Assembly (NCBI GenBank): GCA_030141605.1
Contig: JAQGDQ010000133.1
Span: 248,001-312,000 of the forward strand
Length of the DNA stretch: 64,000 nt
Direction: 5' to 3'
Source: Tubiluchus corallicola
Taxonomy: Eukaryota; Animalia; Priapulida
Shown: positions 58,061 through 64,000 of the stretch, piece after piece
How positions within the stretch are numbered: the first letter of the stretch is position 1
How the letters are laid out: each line of letters starts with the position of its first letter
Made by a program: the position numbers and the translations under genes
Notes under the pieces: generated by a model
What the model saw: the letters and a program-made list of their open reading frames with translations, nothing else
What the model was told of the DNA's origin: nothing
Database searches by the model: none

Positions 58061-60574
58061 TAGTATTATACAGAAACATTTTCGAAAAATTCAAAAGTGC
58101 TCATCAATCTTGCTTTATTATTTATTGTTATTACAGCAGTCTATTAAATCATCTTCTCGCTTCACAGTACAACCGAATTTACTGTTAGATGATTAACCAG
58201 CTAACTTACCTTGTAAATGTATTTTTATTATTACTGCTGTTATTAAAATATTGTGTTTATACTGTTCAAGTGTGTAAGTTTAGTCACCGTCTGCTGATTG
58301 TAAATGAGTCAATTGTTTTATCAAATCGAGTGTGTTATTAGTTGTGATGCCTATTATGCTTTTATAAGCACTTTGCACTCAGCACTTGCACCGTGGAGAC
58401 ACCTGTATCAGACGCAGTCTGTTTTGCAAATCCACTATAAATAAATAATGTTTGAACTAAACTAATTATATATGTGCGGCTCCTAGTGATACGTTCATCA
58501 CTTATAGTGATATTCAGCTTGTTCATTATAATTTTAGTATTGCGTCTTTTCAATTTAGTAATCATTTTTATCACACCTATCATCAAAAATAAAACGGATT
58601 TTTAATAAACTACTCAAACCCGCGACAATTCAAAAATGTAAACTTTTTTCGCTAAATTGGCTAGCTAATTTGACATAAAAAAGTTTCTATTCTATATAAA
58701 GAATTTACCAGGTCTAAAAGAGTACGAGCAATATTCTTATAAGTGGCCTTTGCGTGAAACATCCTCTCTATGCTAATGACCTGTGTATGCTAGTCCCCTT
58801 TATGCAAGCTTTTAGAGTACTATTTGTGTTTGTGTGCAAGCTTTGCTTGTTCTGCAAAGACAGAGCATCAGGAATTGGATATTTTCGAGGACGATATGCC
58901 ACTTTAAATAATTTTTAGAATCGCATATTTTGAAAAGTCGCAAATTTCTCATCAAAAAATTACAATATTTTTTGTGAAGAGCGCCTTTTCTTGTTGTCAC
59001 TTTATTGTTGGAAAATAATTGCAAGATAGTTCGCCAGAGTTGGAAAATAATGATGCAGTTTGTAGCATTGCAACCTTTAGTGTGTACACAATTAAAGACA
59101 ACTCTCTCCTATAACCACATGAATATTGCAACTAGGAAAAAGTCAGACACCAATTTCAATTTAATTTAATTCAGGTTTAATGTTGAAAATGCTTATTATT
59201 TATTAAACAAAAACTAGAACTAATAAATCAACAAGTTCGGTGCTGTATATTGCTGAACTACTTCTTTGGCGTTAATGAAATGAGGAAAATCCAGTCAAGT
59301 CATGAAAGAGCAGCTTTTTCTTACGAAACAGCTATCTTCTACCGTGGAGCCATCAATGCAGTAAACGTCAAAATATCATTAGTATTTGAACGAATAGCAA
59401 CCAGAAAATTTGCATCAACCATTTCTACAAGTAATATGCTTGATTAAAATGATTAATTATATTTGTTACCGCTCACGATTCCAGCACATTTAATAAATAA
59501 ATGATATTTTTCGAATAAATGGCTAACAGCAACAATAATGATGTTGATGTTTCGTGCAGCCAACCTACAGCATTTCCTTTACAAATTATAAAGAAACCAT
59601 TAGCTAATAACATACTTCAAGCATTTTAATTGGCGCCTAGCAAAAAATGCTGACATGGGCGTTCAGTGAAAAGTCAATTCCCCTTGGAGTCATAGACGTT
59701 ACAGCAAACATAATAAACACGTATAAAACCAATGATCATTAATATTTAATTAGGTGGCAATGGCGCTCTTTGCAACAGGATGTTGCATCTTTTCTTACAG
59801 AGTAATTAGACCTTGTGACTTTTCAAAATACGCAGCCTTACAAGTACTTAAAGTCTCGTATTCTTGATGCTGTGTTTTGTCTTTACAAATCTGCTGTGCA
59901 ACTTTGTACGGAATACTTCAGTAACATCTGTTATAACCAATTCCAAAGATTGTGAAATTGTATTGTTAAGATTCTGACGAGGACCTTGTTCATCAATGAC
60001 CAGTTGCTACATGAGATACTCTCAGAACTTCTTCCATTTGTTCCGAGTTCTCGTTTTGCTCCTACGTGTCTAGTTATTTCTCGTGGGCCTCTTATCTGTG
60101 GAATTCTTTTGATATTGTAATGGCAGCAGCTAACAGGTCCAAGGTTCACTACCTAATTGCTGCTATCTTTTTATCCATAACCAGTGGTAAACGTAGAAAT
60201 ACAAGTTGAACAATAGAAATTTCTCTCCCGTGTTCTTCACGCTGGTTACGACTACAGGCTAGGTGCTGAGCTGGTAAACGCACATGCCCGTTCACCTATT
60301 GAATCAAGGAGGACATTTCATATCAGCGCTATACCTGATATGCAATGGTTTCATATGGACGAGTAACATCACAGTTTAGAGTGGGGTCAAAAATAAATTG
60401 CATTTCGCCCACTTGACAATATTCTTGGAAATAATTTCTATTTATCTCTGCACTTAGAATTCGACGATTTTACAATTTATAGAAATTTACAGTCAAGCAG
60501 TTTTCCTACACTTAACGAAGCCAAGTTTACTTGTATAATAACTCAGAGCAATCTAGCGAGTACATCTTTTGTGT

Positions 60575-60800
60575 GTGGCACGGTGTAGCCAAGCGTGACG
60601 TAATTTTCATGTCAAAATGAAGTTTTAAATGGCTTCTGCAGTTCGCCAAATTAATACTGTGAAAAATGGGTTGAATCCACCGCAGTAATCAACTGAAATG
60701 ATCTTTTGATGTATAGCCCCTATCTCGATTACGGACTAATGCTTGCATCGCCCTTGAATCCTCCCTGGTTGAGGCGCAATATGAGGCTCTTACTGCAGAG
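60575..60800 (+). mobile_element. Decayed tRNA-headed SINE-like element
   Basis: A-box-like ggtgtagccaagcg, B-box-like gggttgaatcc, and a downstream atcctccctggttgaggcgcaatatgag resembling conserved SINE central domains (recalled). Confidence 0.4.
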
Positions 60801-61149
60801 AAACTGATAGTTTGTGGCCTGAATGCTTGTGCTTGTTTACGTATCCTGAACGTTGAGACACATAACTGACTACTCTTAGAGCGTCATCTTATTCAAGTTA
60901 CATCAGCAGTGGCACATGATTGCAAACGCCTTGGTCACTTACCGGTTAACTTCATTGAGTATCATGAGATTCATTTGCTATTCACTTTGATATGTTGTAT
61001 GTTTTTGTACGTCGAGACCGGATCCTATGTATAACCGCTAACCCCCCAACATGAGACACTGAACCAGCAGAAGTGTCTTAGCAATGTTATTAATGTATTC
61101 CCCCCCCCCCCCAACGAGGAAAATAGCTGGAATTCACAACGAGAATTGA

Positions 61150-61192
61150 TCCCAAGCGGTCACTGACTAGGGTCGGCATAGCTTAACTTCCG
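61150..61192 (-). mobile_element. 5S rRNA-derived SINE segment
   Basis: cccaagcggtcac...ggtcggcatagcttaacttccg matches reverse-complemented 5S with an internal deletion. Confidence 0.5.
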
Positions 61193-61369
61193 CCTGTGTA
61201 ATACCTGTCAATCTTTTTCCCGTGTAATTCTGTATCTATGTAATGAAAATTCCGCTTAACGAAATATAATAAGAATTGTATAATCTAAATTGTAATTGTT
61301 ATCTGAGTTAATGTTGTATATCAGCCCGCTTCGTTAATTTTAAATTATTGACTGCACATTCAGCTTGCC

Positions 61370-61585
61370 TCCTCTCTCTCTCTTTCAAAAAAAAAAAAAT
61401 CAGTGCCAGTTCAACGCACATAATAAAACAGATTTTTCTAGGTTTATGCATCAAGTGGTTTCTCTCTCTCTCTTTCTCTCTTTCTTTCTCTCTTTTTTTC
61501 TCTCTCTCTCTCTCTCCTCACACTCGCCTGTCTTTCTCTTTTTCTTTCTCCTACATTCTCTCTCTCTCTATCGCTCCTTTTTTCT
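61370..61585. repeat. (CT)n-rich microsatellite region
   Basis: Direct reading. Confidence 0.8.
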
Positions 61586-62447
61586 GTGTGTCAAGATGAT
61601 CAGCGGTCGACAAGAATACTTTAAATCCCCGCGGGACAATAAGAAGAAATGTTTTGCGGTTCGAAAGAAATCAAGTCATCATTATAATATAGCGCAGGAG
61701 CATGCTTCCCGATTACAATCAAAAAAGCCTTTTTAAATTATCAAATATTACCACGTTTCTGAGAAGCGGAAACACAACGGCGTAATTAATTACTGATTCA
61801 AAAGTTCGCGCAAAAAAGGTTCAATATGTTTGACTTAACAGGCCAAAGAACAGAAGACGATTGCATCATAGACCTACTGATATCATTGTAATCTTGTTAC
61901 GTACATAGATTGTGTGGCACTGTAATATGTGGAAACCTTTGCGCTAAGAGTTTTATTTGATTATATTTCTTATTTACTTGAACTGTAGTGCGTTTACAGC
62001 TCGTTATTGATTGAGGAATTTGTTGCTTCGCGTGTCTTTTGCAATCACATCAACTTACTTTTTTATATGAAAATATCGAACATTAATCAGTGATGTCAAT
62101 ATCACTTAATATCTCTTTCTGATTGCCTTTTTAACTCAAAATACTTATGGTGAGTCAATAATAATTGGCAAGTACAGGATATTAGGAAATTGTTAACGCC
62201 TCTCCTGGATGTAAAACACCAAAAGGAATAGCAAAAAAGAGCACATTTTATATTTAATTTAGTAGCTACTCGCAGCTCTGGAGGTCTTAATCGACGAGGA
62301 TACGATCACTGAAATTTCTCAAAGGGCTTAGTATGATCAATCATTTCTTTAAGAACTTTCTTTGAATTCTGGGGATAAAAGTGATAGGGATTAGTAAAGC
62401 AGATTAAATGGAGAATAATGTTATGTCATTAAGAAGTTAAAAACGAG

Positions 62448-62487
62448 TATATATATATGAAAACTATATATAACTATATATAGTTTC

Positions 62488-62521
<34 letters not shown>

Positions 62522-62522
62522 T
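62448..62522. repeat. (TA)n tract with an internal inverted repeat
   Basis: Direct reading. Confidence 0.85.
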
Positions 62523-62647
62523 AATATGAAAACTGCGCCAATGATAGTGGCTGTTAATGAAGCCAATAATAATATTTCGATTTAGTTTCAACTACTATGC
62601 ATTAAATTTGTAAAACACAATTGGTCTTTGGATGAGCTTAAAATACT

Positions 62648-62790
62648 TGTTCATTCATTCATTCTGTCATTCATTCATTCATTTATTTATTCATTCACTC
62701 ATTCACTCATTCATTCATTTATTCATTCATTCATTCATTCATTCATTCATTCTTTCTTTCTTTTTTCATTTATTATTCATTCATTCATTT
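62648..62790. repeat. (TTCA)n microsatellite
   Basis: Direct reading. Confidence 0.9.
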
Positions 62791-63379
62791 ATGCAAAGGC
62801 CTATGAACGTACACAAGTAAGCACTATGTTCTACTATATTCTACATTTCGTTCACCTTGGAACTTATCTAGTGATCAAATTCTCTAGGCGTCTTAAAAAG
62901 TTCTTGCTCGACATCACGAAGCCGCTCAAAGATTTCAGATCAGGTTTAAACTGGATCAGATTTTGAAGCCAGGAAAAGTAGCTTGTTAGCAAAAAAATGG
63001 AATGAAAAACTCGCTGAACGTGTTATAAGCGCAAAAGTATGTCGGGAAGATCAAGAGATTTTGAAAACACCGCAAGAGAAGTTCGTTTTCTCCTTTTTTA
63101 TGGAAAGAATTTTGTCTTAGTAAAGCCGTGGAGTTTTCAAACATAAAATTTGTCCAGTATTTCCCAAGCTAGAATCCAACATTCGCCCAGCAGGGCCTAC
63201 TTAATTTTAGTATTTAATATGGATGGTTGTAGGGTGACAGAAGTCTGGCTCATTTTCGAGGCCATTCCTCTAAGACTAGACATCGAACTAGCAGAAAGGT
63301 CTTAGCCATATTCAGACATGTGTACGTCTTCCATCAACTAGAAGTATGTCAGATGAATCTTCTTAGAACGCGTATTGAA

Positions 63380-63432
63380 CTCGGCAGTCGTCCATCCATT
63401 TACTGAACAACCTTGGTTTTGCTGAACTTTGT
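63380..63432 (-). mobile_element. 5S rRNA-derived SINE segment
   Basis: ggcagtcgtccatccatttactgaac...ttgctgaactt matches reverse-complemented 5S. Confidence 0.55.
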
Positions 63433-64000
63433 CTGGTAAACTCCTCAAGATCTAGTTATGTTAACGTCACGTGGAATTGTAATTAAATCGCATTGTTAAT
63501 ATCAGCTTCATAACGAAGTGAAAGCTATTCTTAGACATTGAGTGCGGACCGTCTTCTGATTTCTGCACTGAAGCGACTTAAGACTCTTTAGGGAAATACC
63601 GAAGAGCAACATAAGTAAATTACACATAATAAAGTATTCAGCACCGCCTTATGGGTGACCACTTACTAATAGCTTCTAACCAAGTACTGGTACAATTGAG
63701 TAGCAGATCAAAGCTTGAATGAAGAAGACGGAGAAAATTAAAGCGAACTTGTAATCATTTTGTATGTATTGCCGTCTGAGACGACAGAAATGAGAATAAG
63801 AAGCACTTTGATGATGTTAATGTAGAGAACAGTCCGAAGACATTTGTCTTGATGAACTTATGTCTTAGAATAGCCAGAAGCCAAACTATGTGTTTGATTT
63901 ATTGGGTACCAAACGCTTAGTTACAAATAATTAGCAAACCAGAAAAAATGTATAATTATTAAAGTGCCTGACATTGAACCGGTAGGGCATAATAATCAAT

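Noticed and set aside
62830-63950. Possible GABA-B exon 2 or TE coding fragments
   Set aside because: No open frame with the expected Cys-initiated Venus-flytrap sequence and no recognisable TE motif.

Overview
AT-rich, intron-containing animal (invertebrate) genomic DNA; the species cannot be identified from the window. Supported content: (1) a bidirectional promoter at ~12.0-12.2 kb (DRE, two YY1, one E2F motif). To the left it faces a three-exon, 38-aa single-pass membrane micro-ORF that the ORF track cannot show (12031-11986, 11376-11336, 9651-9622). To the right it faces (2) a LRIF1-like chromatin protein gene (coding exons 19705-19748 and 22042-24157). (3) An 18-exon, ~1192-aa type I membrane receptor gene (32170-53929) with the order signal peptide-CCP-CCP-MAM-TSP1-TSP1-acidic linker-CCP-CCP-MAM-TSP1-mucin-TM-short tail. 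It looks like an internally duplicated class C scavenger receptor with TSP1 in place of somatomedin B. (4) The first coding exon of a GABA-B receptor (R2-like) at 56394-56684. Between and within genes lie three decayed LINEs, one intact hAT MITE with an 8-bp TSD, tRNA-derived and 5S-rRNA-derived SINE fragments, mini- and microsatellites, an X-box-like array, and a degenerate tandem array of one splice acceptor. All gene models were assembled by eye from splice signals and reading-frame phase; none has been checked by database search or RNA data.
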